A stretch of 64,000 nt of DNA from Entomortierella parvispora E1425 (taxonomy: Eukaryota; Fungi; Mortierellomycota), in assembly GCA_020891255.1 (NCBI GenBank), contig BQFW01000014.1, positions 62,001-126,000 on the forward strand, written 5' to 3'. Position 1 is the stretch's first letter. Each line of letters begins with the position of its first letter. The notes beneath the pieces were generated by a model. The model was not told the DNA's origin. It was given only the letters and a program-made list of their open reading frames with translations, and ran no database searches. Below, one piece after another: positions 1-13,071 of this stretch. The position numbers were made by a program, and so were the translations under genes.

Positions 1-1248
1 ATAATAGGGGCGCCCAGGTCGGTTTGTTTCCTTCTGGCAGACGGTGGGTGCCTGGAACAGTTCTGGGTCTTGAGGTGCAGACCTGCGGGCAATTAAGAAC
101 AGATGGCGTTCATGTACAGTACTTTGAGATGATTAAATTGGCATGCGACATACATGGTTTTGTTATCGCTGCGTAGCGCAGGCATGTATGTCAACCACAC
201 AAAAGCAAGAAAGCAGCCAAGACTCCAGCGATTGTCTCGGGCTGGAGTCGAGGCTGTAGGGGAGACATGCACAACGACGCAGCAGCGCGTCGAGAAACAC
301 GGATGAATCCCTGGCACTGGGTGTGGTGGAGCAAGGACAAAACAGCAGGTGCCGAGGGAAAAACGAGAGGGCCAACAGTCGAAGATCTGTAATCACCGCA
401 CCGTTTCCGGTTCCACCGGATGACGGAAGACGAAGCGGAAAAAATAGAGAAGAGAGTAAAGTAAAAATCCAAAAAGATTTTTTTCTTCTCTCCGCTTGAA
501 ACAGAGCGAAGTCTGTCAGCTCGCTCTGTGTCAATCTCCAATCCGGTCAAGAGAAGATCGCAGGGGGTGCGGGATGGCGGCTTGATAATATGAGTGATGG
601 TGGTGGTGATGATGGCTCGTGGTTGAAGAGGAGGTGCACTGCGAGCAAGAGGAAGCGAGGGAGAGAAAGAGGGAGGACCACCGCGAGCAGGACGCGACAA
701 AAAGAGGATCCCGCCCACAGGGACACCATCCAAACCGGTTCTTCTTTCTCCCTTGAGAACAGACAGCAGACAAAGCGGCCAGAGAGACCCGCCCTCTCAT
801 GCTCCAGGGTCAGGCAGGATGCGGTCATCGGCCCGACCGCATATAAAAGACCCGCCCCGCAGCCGCCGCCCTTTTTTCCTGTTTTCTGTCCTCCTCTCTT
901 CCTCTTCTCTTCTCTTCTCTTCTTGTATCCGTTGACCTGTTCATCATTCCACTCTGCCATTCTCATTCCTCCATTGCGTCTGTCCTTTCTTCGCTTTCTT
1001 TCTCTCTCTCTCACTCTCTCACTCACTATCTCACTCTCGCTCTCTCTCTCTTGCCCTCTCTTGTCCTCTGCACCTCTCCCGTCTCCGGTTTCATCAGCTC
1101 TGACTTGTGAAAAAAGCACCGACCACCCTCGACTCAACTTCTGCACTCTCGACCTTCCGCTCACAGAGTGCTGCTCTTCTTCCCTCCTTTCCTTTCTCCG
1201 TCCCCCTCTATCCCTCCCAACCTCCATCCATCCTACATCTCACCTACA

Positions 1249-3497
1249 ATGGCGCCCACGGTTCAAGCCCCGTTGTTCTCTTTCATATCCGACCAGTCGC
1301 TGGCTCTGCTGCTGCCTGTCATCGTCTACTGGGCCTATTCTCTGCTCTTCCACTGGGCCTCGCTGAAAGAGTTTGCCTGGATGGAAAAATACAGAATCCA
1401 TGACAAGGAGGAGGAAACCCGTAACAGAGTGTCTTTGCCCGATGTCATCAAGGCCGTTATTGTCCAACAGGTGCTCCAGGTAAACTACCACCTTGTTTTT
1501 CCATTTTTTTTTCTTCAAGTATTCGTTTCTGTAAAGATCAGCGCTTCTCCTGTTCGCGGGTGGGTAGAGAATGTGGGGGTGGTGTTTGCCGTACAATGGT
1601 ATGCAAGCTGGTACCTGCTAGGTCTTCTTTTGACAAGGAGGAATATTCCTTTCGAATCCGACAGACTTTTGGTCAAGGAGAGGAGAGGATCAAAAAAAAA
1701 AAAAGAGGAGTCTTACTGTGGTCTTTGTATCCTTGGAGAGATCAAAGGGCCACCATGTCTCAAAGAGTTTACTGAGGAATGAGCTGTGTCAGGAACAGCC
1801 CTTAGTTTGACGTCAACAAGACTGGGGGTTTGAGCGCGCTTCTTTTTGTTTTTTTTTTTGTTTTCAGGGGACAACGGGAACAGGACGCGGCGTTGTGCGG
1901 ATCCCAGTCAAGGAATCTTTATAAAATAGTGTACCCGACAAACGACATAGCTTGCTCCTGTGACCAACGGGGCAACCAGCGCGCACCCCAAGGCGAGATG
2001 GACCAGCCATTGAAGTATCGTCTCTGAGGAAAAGAAGGGGGCAAGGTAAACACCACTCGCTGGAGTCAAGTGGAGGCATCGTCGACCCTCGTCGACATCT
2101 ATGTGGAACACGACAGCCGAACCCTCCAAGCTGCATTCAGATCGGGCGCTTGTTTGTCTCGATAGCAACAGCCGCCCAACTCGCCTTTTTTAGCCATTTT
2201 TTTTTGTTTTTTTTATTGCTCTCCCTGGAGATGGGTCCCCTCGTCCCTTGCCCTCCCTCAACCTTCAATTGCTCAGCACTGCGCTGCTCAGCACCCCTCC
2301 CCGTCTCATGTGCCATACCCTGCCTTGAGTGCAGGCCACAGAACATCTTGGACTAATCCTATTGTTTCCACTTTTACGATAGACTGCCCTTGGCTTCATC
2401 GTTGTCGTCGCTGACGATTCTGAGATGGTTTTTGATGATGAGCTCAGCCTCGCTCGCTATCAACAGTGGATCAACTTGGGTGTCACTGCCGCTGGTCTCC
2501 AAGGTGTTGTCTCCCAGACCATCATTGCAAGCATGGCCCACCTCTGCTACTTCTATCTCGAGTCCATTGTTCGCTTCTGGGTCGCCATGGCTGTTCTCGA
2601 TACTTGGCAATATTTCCTTCACCGTCTTTTCCACAACGTGCCATACCTCTACAAGACCTTCCATTCGCGCCACCATCGTCTCTACGTGACGTACTCCTTT
2701 GGTGCGTTGTACAACCATCCCTTCGAGGGCTTCCTCATGGACAGCGTCGGCGCCAGCTTGGCTTTCCTCATCAGTGGCATGGGCAACCGTGGAGCTCTCG
2801 CCTTCTTTTCGTTCTCAACCCTGAAGACTGTCGATGACCACTGCGGCTACAACCTCCCCTTCAACCCTCTCCAGCGCCTGTTCTGGAACAACGCTGACTA
2901 GTAAGTTACACACCTTTTGGGGTTATTTTTATCTCATTCTTGGCAATACTGCTGGAGTCTGGGCAATTCTAATGTACAACCGAAACTGACTGATCTTACC
3001 CCTTCTTTCCCTACAGCCACGATATCCACCACCAAAACTTTGGCATCAAGAGCAACTTTTCGCAACCGTTTGGTACTATTTGGGACCACGTTTTGGGCAC
3101 ACACATGTCTCGCGAGGAGGCCAACCAAATCATCAAGATCAAGGAGGAGCGTAAAGCTGCACGCTTGGCGGCTCAGAACCATGGCAGTAACACTAAAACC
3201 ACATTGACAACAGGCGCCATCGCTGTCGGCTCGTCGATCAAGACATCCGACCCCTACAAGGAAGAAGATGTCCACAGCAGTGGAAATAACAGTGGCAACG
3301 ACAGTCATGAAGAAACGGAAGAAGAGAAGAATTCCTCAAGCGCACGCCGACCATCATCTGTGGGCTTTGATGGAAGCTTCACAGCGAACGCCACGTCGAG
3401 CTCGGTAGAGCTCCCCGGCTACCGCGAGCTCCTTGCGACACGTGTCCGCGTGGACAACGGCTTCGTTTCCGGCAAGGGACAGGGCAAGGCTCTCTAA
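1249..3497 (+). CDS. SUR2: Sphinganine C4-hydroxylase (sterol desaturase/fatty acid hydroxylase family); 3 exons 1249-1479, 2383-2900, 3017-3497
   Basis: Spliced translation MAPTVQAPLFSFISDQSLALLLPVIVYWAYSLLFHW...WQYFLHRLFH...FHSRHHRLYVTYSFGALYNHPFEGFLMD...KTVDDHCGYNLPFNPLQRLFWNNADYHDIHHQNFGIKSNFSQPF. His boxes match the Sur2 family. GT-AG introns 1480-2382 and 2901-3016 keep frame. Confidence 0.93.
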
Positions 3498-3783
3498 GTC
3501 CCACCCGTTCACCTTTCGTTTGATATCTTTATTTCTCTTCTGTAATATCTGTCTGTACAAAATATGGCCCTAATCCCACGAGCTACTTCACACGTTGAAC
3601 CTCCCGCCTCCTATCCCTTGACCACTCTCTCCGCATACCTTTTCCTATATCCAGCATCCAACCCTATCTAGTATATAATCCGCCTCTACGTTTTTAATAA
3701 TAATTATTGATTCAACGCAGAATTGTCATTATGAGGTTTATTATTATTACGAATAGAAGGGAGAAGGGATAGGATGAAACGTT

Positions 3784-6383
3784 CTAACTTGAAGCTGGAG
3801 GAAGAGGCCAAGCGGGTTCGCGTTCGCCTTGCTCGTCCGTTTCCTTGATGGACTTTCTGCGCGTCCCACCACCGATTCTTGGCGTGGCCGAAAACTGAGC
3901 TTGCTTGGGAGCGGCCATAAATGTATTTCGACCCGGTTCTGAGGTTGGGAATTGGGGGGGTGGCAACGTGGCTGGCAACGAATCTCCGATTTCAGGGCTG
4001 TTGGAAAAATTAAAGTTGTTGGCTGGCGTCGGGAGTCGTTTCGCGCGTGGAGGAGGAGAAAGACCTTTACAAGACACATGATATTGCAGGCTGTTGGAGG
4101 GGTTACTTGAGACCGAGGGCGATTGTCTTTCTGCAGAACGATCGGGGCGAGGGAGACGATCCACAGGAAAATGAGAACCCAAAGAAGGGCTCCCAGGGTG
4201 ATGGTCAGAGTGGAGGCGACTTTTTTTCCGCTCTGGGATCACGGGCGTGGAGGAGGTCGTTATTGGGGGCGTGTAAGGCAAGTAGGACAGTCTCGCATCC
4301 TGATCTTCTGCTGGAGAAGGATTGGGACGAGGCGAAGAGCGAAGAGACGTCAGCGGGAAAGACGACGTGCTTGGACTAGGAGTAGGTGGCGGACTGCTTG
4401 GTCTTGGGGTCGATCGACTGCTGCCAAAGACCGTATGGCGAAGATCTTGATGTTGAGGTCGAATGGTGCTGCTGCCTGTACTCAGGATACTGGCATGGCC
4501 AGTAGAGCCAGACTCGCTTGTGCGATCGCCTCGACGACCAGCCGTGAAAGTTGAGGACAAAGGAGAAGGAGAAGGGGGCAAAGCCTGAGGGGAGTGGGCC
4601 TTCATCGTCAGGGGCTTCTTTGGACTGGTAAGAAGGTCGTCCCTTTGAGGCTTCTCAATCTCCATCTTGTTGATCTGGTGCGAGACTGCGAACGCGTCGT
4701 AATCGATTCGCTGCGTGGCCATGACCAACGCCTGTACAGAATCCTTGTCTGGGATATCAAACGACGAGTGGTTGTAGGACTCTTGGGACGAGAACTCCAT
4801 CGAATCCGTTACAGAGCGCAAGTGCTGCTCGGACGACGAAGAAGAGTTGGAGTTCTTGTGATGGTTTTGAGACGAATAGAGACTCTTGATGGCACTGTGC
4901 CCCTGGCCTGAGGAACTCTTGAGGGCAGACGCGGTAAACGAGGAGCTGGGATCGTGCAGTCCTCTTCTTCGGTTCCGCACCGACTGTACGGCGATCAGGG
5001 CCATGATCACAAAGAACGCGGCCGCCATGGCACATGTCCAAAAGAAGGCCATCGTGTGCGGCAACTGCTCCTGCTGCATTGCCAAGATCTGGTCTCGGAA
5101 GACAACCCATAACAAGCACAGCGTCCCCGCCAAGACGGTGACCGCCGAGCCCCCAAAACCCGTAATCTGCAATTGAATAAACAGAAACCTGGCTGGGCTT
5201 GCAGATCTCAAGTTGCTGATGCCAAAAGCAGCCTTGGGAGCCTTGAGAGCGGCTTCTGCAATAATGATATTGGCTCGGAGAATAAATGTGTACTTGAGTC
5301 CGTAGTAAAAGAACATGATGGCCATTGACCAGAGGATCAGAACCCAGTTGGAATACTGGACCAAGAGGAGGATCCGGGCAAGTCTTTCTTGTCCCTCCAT
5401 CTGCGCAAACACTGCAGAGGCCACGCCGGCACCGGCACCAAAGATGGCAGGATAAAGTGCACCCATGATGAGAAGAAAGTTCTTTTGGACCGTGGTGGGG
5501 GTCAGGACATGGATGGGAGGAAGGGGACGGGCATCAAATGTAGTTTCTGGTTGGTACACGGCGAAAACACCTTCGCGCGTTGTTACGGGCATCGCGTACA
5601 AAAGACCAACGAAATAAGAAGAGAAACCAATGGCGACAAAGATCCTAAAATGAAGACGATTGAGTGGGGTCAGTCGGGATACAACACAGGATCCAGGTCG
5701 AGCAGGTTGCACCTCACTAAAGACTTTTGAGGATCTCCTCTTACCAATACGTTTGCTCAATGGCAATGCGGAGCCATAGCTTGTCTACCCAGACGTTGAA
5801 GATCAAAGGCGCGTTCACGCCCACTTTGATCAAGGATGCAATGGCTGTGAAAAAGATGATGCAGTCCATCTTTCCCAAAAAAAAGAAAAAAAAAAAGAGC
5901 CAGGTTAGAATTTGTTCAATTCCACCAGCACTTCCGAGTGTTTTTATCCTCATCTCTCTCTCTCTCTCCACTCACAGGTTTGGGCCGAACACCGGTGCCG
6001 ACTTTGATGAACAATTCGGACACGATCTTGCCATTCAGCCCTCGATTACGGTATATCAGCAACCACAGCCCGAACAGGAACACGAACCCATGCAGAGCAG
6101 ACGATGCAATTAGCAAGACGCGAATAAAGTCTGCATCGCGACAATTCGCTGCCGACCGGATCCAGTCACAGAGTAGAGGGGACATCAGGGCTGGGTTCAT
6201 TCCTGGTCCATATCCGTTGGGAGAAGTTGGTGGCGTAGGGGAGGGGAATGTGGTGTCGGATGTATTATGGGTGTAAGGTGGCTCTGTGGCCGTATTAATG
6301 GGATAAGGGGAGGCAATTGCCGCCGTGGCACTGACAAGAGCAGATGCGAAGGTTGCCACGACGGTTGAAGTTGGTTCGTTCAT
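3784..6383 (-). CDS. Orphan seven-transmembrane (GPCR-like) protein, about 797 aa, with a long disordered C-tail; exons 6383-5976, 5869-5745, 5644-3784
   Basis: Three ORF-track pieces join in frame through GTGAG..AG and GTAAG..TTTTAG introns. About seven hydrophobic 20-25 aa segments lie between an S/T/P-rich N-terminus and a roughly 330-aa S/P-rich tail. TM count was done by eye. Confidence 0.75.
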
Positions 6384-7886
6384 CGTGTGTTGTCGCTTCT
6401 ACTCCAGAGTGATTTTTTCTTTGGGAGGAGGGAAAGAGGAGTTTTTTTTTCTTGCTCCTGACTTCAGGATTGGGTAAGGGTAAGTGAGAAAAATGATCCT
6501 TGCGGCGTGCTCAGTGTGGTGTTTGTGCTGGGATGGGTTGCACGAGCACGAGGTGAGGGCGATCGAAATGAAGGCAAAATGGAATACAGATCAAGTGTCA
6601 GCAGCAAAAGGCAGGGAGAGAGATGAGGTAGGGGAGGCCAAGGATGACGAGGCAAGGGAGAAAGAAAGAGAGAGGCAAAGCGGTTGCTCAACAGGTCGAG
6701 AAGAAGAAAACAAGTGAAAGAAGGAGAGAGAATCAGGAACAAAGAACAACATTTGCGATCTTCAGACCGCAAAAGAGTGATGACACTCTGTCCGTTGGAG
6801 AGATGGAGAAAAAACAGCGCTAGCAGACAAGGCTTGCAACGAGCTAAAGAGGGTCTTGCTGATCCGAGCCCAGAACGGAGAGAGGACCCACGGTCGTCGT
6901 GAAGGCCAAAAGGGCAAAAATAAGAGGTTTGCGGAATGGGACGCACCCTGCCATCACACCTTACTAACAATACATCCATTGCCATCCAATGAACGACTCT
7001 GAAAAGCGACGGAAGTGGAGGGGGAGGGTTACTTTCCCCATGGTTAACAACGATTGTGCTAGTGGCGGCAGGAAAAAAAAATCGCAATGTGAGGGCTCTC
7101 GATGATTGCGTGCAGGAGTGCGGTGGTGATGGGTAATGAAATAGTTGGACCGGTCAGCATCTTGCCGACCCGCTCTCAACCTCAGGGCTCACTGGGCTAG
7201 TGCGGATGGGGGGATGCAACCGTCGTGGTCTTTTCTGCTGCCCCTCTCTCGTCGCCTGTCTATCGGCCTGCGGACCCTTTTCTTGACTGCACCCTTGTTT
7301 TGTTTACATTTTGGCCAACTTTGGGCCCTTAGTCTTGTTGAGGAGCACGAGCAAGTGAACAGGGTAGAGTAGAGCAGTAGCCACAGCAGGAAAAGCAATC
7401 TTTTCACTTTCTGCAACCAAGGTCATCCGTCATGTACCGTTTCTAGTTGTTTCAAATTGTTTGCTCGCGAAGCCAGGGTATACATGCAGGTGTGTACCCA
7501 CCGGGCATTTATGTTCAAGCCATCAATTAGACGCCCAAAGGCATGTGCGCTGCTGCAAGTCCATCTGGAGCCTGACCTCGGCATGCGGACCCATACCCAA
7601 CATTCCTAAAAGTGAGGTCTTTCTTTCCCTCACAATGCGTCAAAAGGTAAAAATAAAAAAAAGGTACTGTACCATCATCGCGCTAGTGGGATACAAACTC
7701 TCTTTCTCCCTTTCCTACGTCTTCATCAATCCTCCGTCGTCAGAAAGTGCAACAGACAATAAACAGGAATTAACCAAGTGTGCTTGTGCTCTCTTCTTCA
7801 CTTTGGTCTTCAGGGTCTGGCGGGTCCTCTCCAGCATGGGGCATTTGAAAAATTGGTGGCGTCCACAGTATAACCCTTAATTATTG

Positions 7887-7915
7887 CACGTGATATTCCG
7901 TGGCCGTTACACGTG
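7887..7915. promoter_or_regulatory. Pair of CACGTG E-box motifs upstream of tRNA-Arg
   Basis: gCACGTGa at 7887-7892 and aCACGTGa at 7910-7915, 23 bp apart. Confidence 0.45.
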
Positions 7916-8007
7916 ACCAAGTTTTGATAGTCAATAGTTCATATAGGACAGAGAATTTCTATTCTCAAAATCGTGAGCGAATCAGAATCTTGGATTCTGG
8001 TTCCCAA

Positions 8008-8079
8008 GGTCTGCTGGCCCAATGGAAAGGCGTCTGACTACGAATCAGGAGATTGCAGGTTCGACCCCTGCGTAGATCA
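8008..8079 (+). tRNA. tRNA-Arg (anticodon ACG), intronless
   Basis: GGTCTGC acceptor pairs with GTAGATC-A; D-loop TGGCCCAATGGAAAGG; anticodon arm TCTGA-CTACGAA-TCAGG; T-loop GGTTCGACCC; followed by a T-run. Confidence 0.95.
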
Positions 8080-8398
8080 TTCTTTTGGCTCAGGCGTTAG
8101 TGTGCCTTTTTTTTTGCACGTCAAGGGGCTTCCGTCTGCCTGCAGTCCAATTGCCTCGTGGCCCTCCCCTTTTTCTGCGCGCGTGCGTGCGTGCGTGCGT
8201 GCCTGCTCAACAAGTGTCTGGTAGTCGATACTGACTCCCCTTTAACCGCGTCGTTGAAGTCGATGATGGGTTGTTCGTGGTTGGTGTGGATTTGTGTGTG
8301 TTTATTGTTTTACAATCTGCCCTAATTTTTTTACTGTACAAAGCTTCGTGCACTACTACGGTGGATGACAAAGCGGGCAAACGTGCAAGAGAAGACAC

Positions 8399-11003
8399 TC
8401 AGTTATCATCAGACAAGGGCTCGATCATGTGTTCGATTAGTCTTTGTGCGACCAACGGGTGAAGAAGTCCCTTGCAGCTTTTACGGACGGCCAGCAAGTT
8501 TCGTATCCGTGTAGAGCTAATATCCTCAGAGTCCGTCCTGCTTCTCGAGGGCAACCACCAGATATTGTTTCTGCTAGGATCGCACCAGTCGTATCCATAT
8601 GACTCCTCCAATTGCTCAAAGACTCGATCCCTCACAGACATCGAGGCTGTGGAAGATGGAGAGTCTGGTCCAGGAGAGCCAGCCTCTGGTGTCGATGGCT
8701 CTGCCTCCTGCGATGACGCCCGACCCAAGATCGGAACCGATATGGATCCTCCAGTGTTTGTCAAGAGGATCGAGCGCCGATTAGAGGCAGGAGTACCAAG
8801 GGGTCGATCCACAACAGCAATACCGCCCACCAAGTGGCGTGCCCCGGTCCGGAGCACAAAATCTGCTCCACAGAGGTATACGACCCTGATTTTGTACGGG
8901 TTCCTCGCCGATTGCGGCGGTGACCCTGATCCTTGTGCAACCATAGGATGACACAAAGAAGAAGATTTGGGATGTGGTTGTTGTTGCTCTTGATGTTGTT
9001 GGCGTTGCAATTGCTGAACGTAGGAAAGGGCATCGAGCTTCTGTTCCAACATCCATTGACAACGATCTTGGAGATAATGTTGGAGGCGTGAGGTGACCTT
9101 GTGGTAGTCGAAAAAAATGTTTTGAGTGGACTCCCAAGGATCCACATCGATCCAGTCCGAGTCCCGGGTTTGGAGACGGCATAGATCAAGACGTTGATCA
9201 GAGTCTAAAACAATGTCTTCCCCTCGAAGTTTTTCGCCCACGTAGAGATCGTGGCTGGGCGAGAGGAATCCGCCAAGAATAATGGCCGAGGATGATCCTG
9301 TTCCTGGATCAATTCGCTCCATGTGAGCCTTGGCCGCTTCAAGCATCTCCGTATGGTGCAGGTGAATTGGGCAAAAGGAACCTATCAGATGTCGCAGGCC
9401 AGGAATGGTACCAGATTAGTGTGTGTTTACGAGACGGAGAATAATCGCCAGGAGTAAACAAGAAAGACAAAAAAAAAAAAAAAGAGCAGCAGCAAGTAGA
9501 GTAGTATGAGAGCTGTGGAGATTTGGGCTGCGGATGGACCATGGCCCAGCTGCATGGAATAAGCGACCATGGGTCAGAAAGAAAAGGGCGATCTCATCCA
9601 TTGGATGGGACCAACGCCCAGCTTTGGGCAATGGGTACGAGGAGTTTGTTCGTTTGTTGTGGTTGTTTCTTCTCCACACTTCCCACACTCCTCCATGTTT
9701 CCGCTCGCTTCCCTCGTCCCACCCACAATTCGCTCACGCATGAGCTCACACCACCTTTTGTCCTGTTCCCTGTCATCATGGTCCCCTCTCCAAGAAGATA
9801 AAGAAAGGCAACGAAAAAAAAAAAGAGGGCACGAATAGGGAGCGTCCAAACAAAAAAAAAGGTTTTCTTTTTTTGTGTTGGTTCGCATCTGCGTCCTGCA
9901 GGGGTTTTTCACGTCGCTTTTTTTTTGTGTTGTTTGTGTCCCGCCACATTTACACACGCACAAACACAAACACACCGAGCCTGACTGACAAAGGAAAGCA
10001 CTTCGCCTCTGATGTCTGTTTGCATGCATCCCTCGCTTTGTTGCTTGGCCCAATTCCCTCTCTGGCTGACTGTCCGGCACACTGGCACGGACACAGAGAA
10101 CACAGACAAAGGAAACACAAAAAAATGAGAGAGAGAGGGAGAGAGAGAAAGGACCGAGTGATCAAACAGACGAGACGTCCGCCCTGCAGGGGTTGCGTGT
10201 CGCCTCTGGTTTGGGTGTGTTTTGGGGAATGGACGAGTGGAGGGGTTGTTGGAGTAGAAAGGGGAAGAGGAAGGGGGGGTGACCGAGACGGTGTAGTCGA
10301 GTGCACCCACCGGTGTAGTCGACAGCAACAGAGGGAACTTCCTTTTCGCCTCTTTTTCATGATCAGCTAAGCGGTTCGCGCGCCCTTTTTTTTTTTTTTG
10401 TTTCTTTTTTTTTTTTTTTTTTTTTTTTTTTCCTTTCTTCACTCTCTTACCAGTCAGAAGGAGGACAATCTTTTCTTTTGCGAAATCATCAATGGTCATC
10501 TGACCAATGCGGCTTTGGATCTTGTGGATCGGCGTTTGCTGTTGATATTGATAGTGCTGCTGCTGTTGGTGTTGGTGTTGTTGGTGAAGCTGTTGCGACT
10601 GGTACTGGTAGTGTTGTTGCGGGTGTGCACCCGTGTTGTGAAGGGTCACATTGGAGGGAACGGAGGGTGTGGAGGGGTAACGCTGATGGAGAGAGCCTGC
10701 CAGAGGCTGTGACAGCTGGTAGGGGTGATGATGCTTGTTGGACGACAGGTTGTGGTTAGAGTGAGGCATCACTGCCGAAAACGATAGAGAAGAAGAGTGG
10801 AAGGAGTGGTGTCGAGGGTGGTTAGGATGGTAAGCTGAGGACGAGGACGAGGACGTCGGAAACGTCAACAAGACGGCCGAGGAAGGAGAGAGGGCAGGGG
10901 AAGAAGACGGAGCAGTGGGGGTGAAGAGCCGAGACTGATCAAAACGTCGCTCTTGGTTGGCTTTGTCGGTCAGGTGGAGGGGGGCCGACTGGAGTGCGAG
11001 CAT
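8399..11003 (-). CDS. Nicotinamide/nicotinate mononucleotide adenylyltransferase-like (nucleotidylyltransferase fold), about 511 aa; exon 1 11003-10451, intron 10450-9382, exon 2 9381-8399
   Basis: Splicing GTAAG(10450) to ATAG(9382) gives ...TPIHKIQSRI...KEKIVLLLTG|SFCPIHLHHTEMLEAAK...ILGGFLSPSHDLYV...WIDVDPWES...YLCGADF...DISSTRIR, the NMNAT motif order. Exon lengths 553+983 sum to 512 codons. Confidence 0.8.
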
Positions 11004-13071
11004 GGATGGCGAGAGTAGGGGGGGGGGGGAGAGAGAGAGAAATAGGAGAGAGGGGTGGAGTGGGGGAGAAGGTTGGGGGTAGGGGCAAAAGACAAGGACG
11101 AAGAGAGGTTGAAGGAAAGAGAGAAAGAGAACGAGAAGGAGCGAGAGAAGGAAGAGAGAAAGATGGAGAAGAGAAGAAAGGAAGAAAGGAAAGAAGGAAC
11201 GATCCAGATAAAAAGGGCAAGAAAAGAAGAGACGACCAAGACGACCCAACGACGACGGCGAGAATGGTGGTGGTCGAGGTGGGTGACAGGTGCAGGAGGA
11301 CGAGGGAGGCAGACAGACAGATGGACAGACAGACGGACAGACGGACAGACAGAGAGAGCCTTCGGTGTGGAAATGGGATGGAGACAGGCCCGTTTTGTGG
11401 GCGCGTGGCCTGTTCTCGTTCTCGTCTCGTCCTCGTCTCGTCTCGTCCCGTCCTTTCCTCTTTGCCGTGTTTCGTTTTTTTGTTGTATTCTCGGAAGATG
11501 GATGAAGGGGGGAGGGGAAGCAGGAGAGGAGGAGAGAGAGGGACGGAGGGAGAGAGACTCTTGGATGCATCCCGTCGACGCACATGGGTGAGTGGATGCT
11601 GGGAACGGAGAGAGGGAGAAGACCGAGAGACTGACCGACAGAGGCAGACAGACAGACAGAGAACACGCAGGCATGCGGACTGGTGGTTGACCCAGTCACT
11701 CTTGCGCCATGCAAGGTTACCATATTACAGCACAACACAACCTCCGAGCCATTCATCGCGTTCATCTGTCTCTGTCTCCTTGGGAACCGCACCTCCTGGT
11801 TTTTATTTGTTATGAGAACCGGACCTTTGCAAAGATATCGAGATCAAAAGGGTACAAAAAATAGTCAAAATAGCATCTCTGGATCTGCAAGGTGTGTCGT
11901 ACGAGTCAGGTAAGCAAACGCGAGGGACGAGAAAGAGGAGGAGGAGGAGGTGAAAAGAGGAGGTGAAAAGAATCAAAAGATATCAATCATCCACAGGTCA
12001 GTGAGGACACACACTCATCTTGCACTCGCGCTCACGCGCCCCCTTCTTCCCTTCTCTCTTTCAACAGGAGTGGAGAGCCAGAAAAGTGAAGTGGACCGTA
12101 CTTTGGATCGCACTTTGGACAGCTGGCTCGGTGTGCTGATGAGCGAGGCAACACCGAAGGCAGCAAGGGTGGAGGGTGAGGATGCAAGGGAGGCTCAAGG
12201 GAGACCAGCTTGGTGACTAAGACGGAAAAAAAGAAACCAAAGAGGAAAAAAAAAGAAGGAAAAAAAAAAGCTTTTTCCCTTTGATGCAGGGAAACATCAT
12301 TGCACAGCAGAAACGGGTCATTGGATGGCGTTTCGTGTCCTGTGCTCCGACTGAGGAAACCTTTGAAGACCATGGGAGGCATGGAAGAAAGCAGAGACAG
12401 TTGGTTGGGCGAAGCTATTTGTCAACAAACATTGAATATTTATATCCGTGATTTTTTATTGCCCGAATGAAGAACAAAAGTATTCAAGGTCGTTTATGCC
12501 CGATAAATTATACGGGTTCCATGGAGCACGTGCGCAGAGCTTGATTCGCGATAGGCCATCATTCGCAGGCCATACCCTGGTATTGTTGCATTGAGCACAA
12601 CGCGATAGAGAAGTGCAGGGGAGCAAGAGAAGGAAGGGAGGGAGGATGCAAATGAAATGGGTAGAGGGAAGGAGGGAGGGGTCGAGTGCGAGCCGTTGTC
12701 CGTTGCGAGTGCTAGGAGGGGGTGGGGGTGGGGTGGAAGGAGAGGAACGGCCAAACAGAACCACCACCACCACCAACGGACAGAGCGGACAGAACGGACA
12801 GAACGGACCAAAGAAAGGCGACCAAACATCGATCTAATCATCGGTTCGACTGTTTTTCTTCTTTTGTTTTGGGTGTCTCTCCCCCTTCGCTGCAGTGCGT
12901 CCGTCTCTTCTTTTTCTTTCCCACATCCTTCCATTCGCTCGTCTTCAATCGAACGGATTGACATCCTCCCTTCTTCCTCTCTTCTCTCCCAGCCTGTCCT
13001 CTCCCCCCGTCTCTCCACTCTCATCCCATCCTTGACCCTCCCCGCATTTCCTCGATTACAATCCTAATCCA

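Noticed and set aside
163-1366. Several overlapping 120-260 aa ORFs upstream of SUR2
   Set aside because: They translate purine/pyrimidine-skewed promoter and 5' UTR tracts (S/L/F- or R/E/K-rich) with no domain motifs.
9909-11792. 627-aa minus-strand ORF as a standalone gene
   Set aside because: Both ends are translated CT/GA microsatellites and poly-A. Only 11003-10451 is coding-like, and it splices cleanly to the NMNAT exon.
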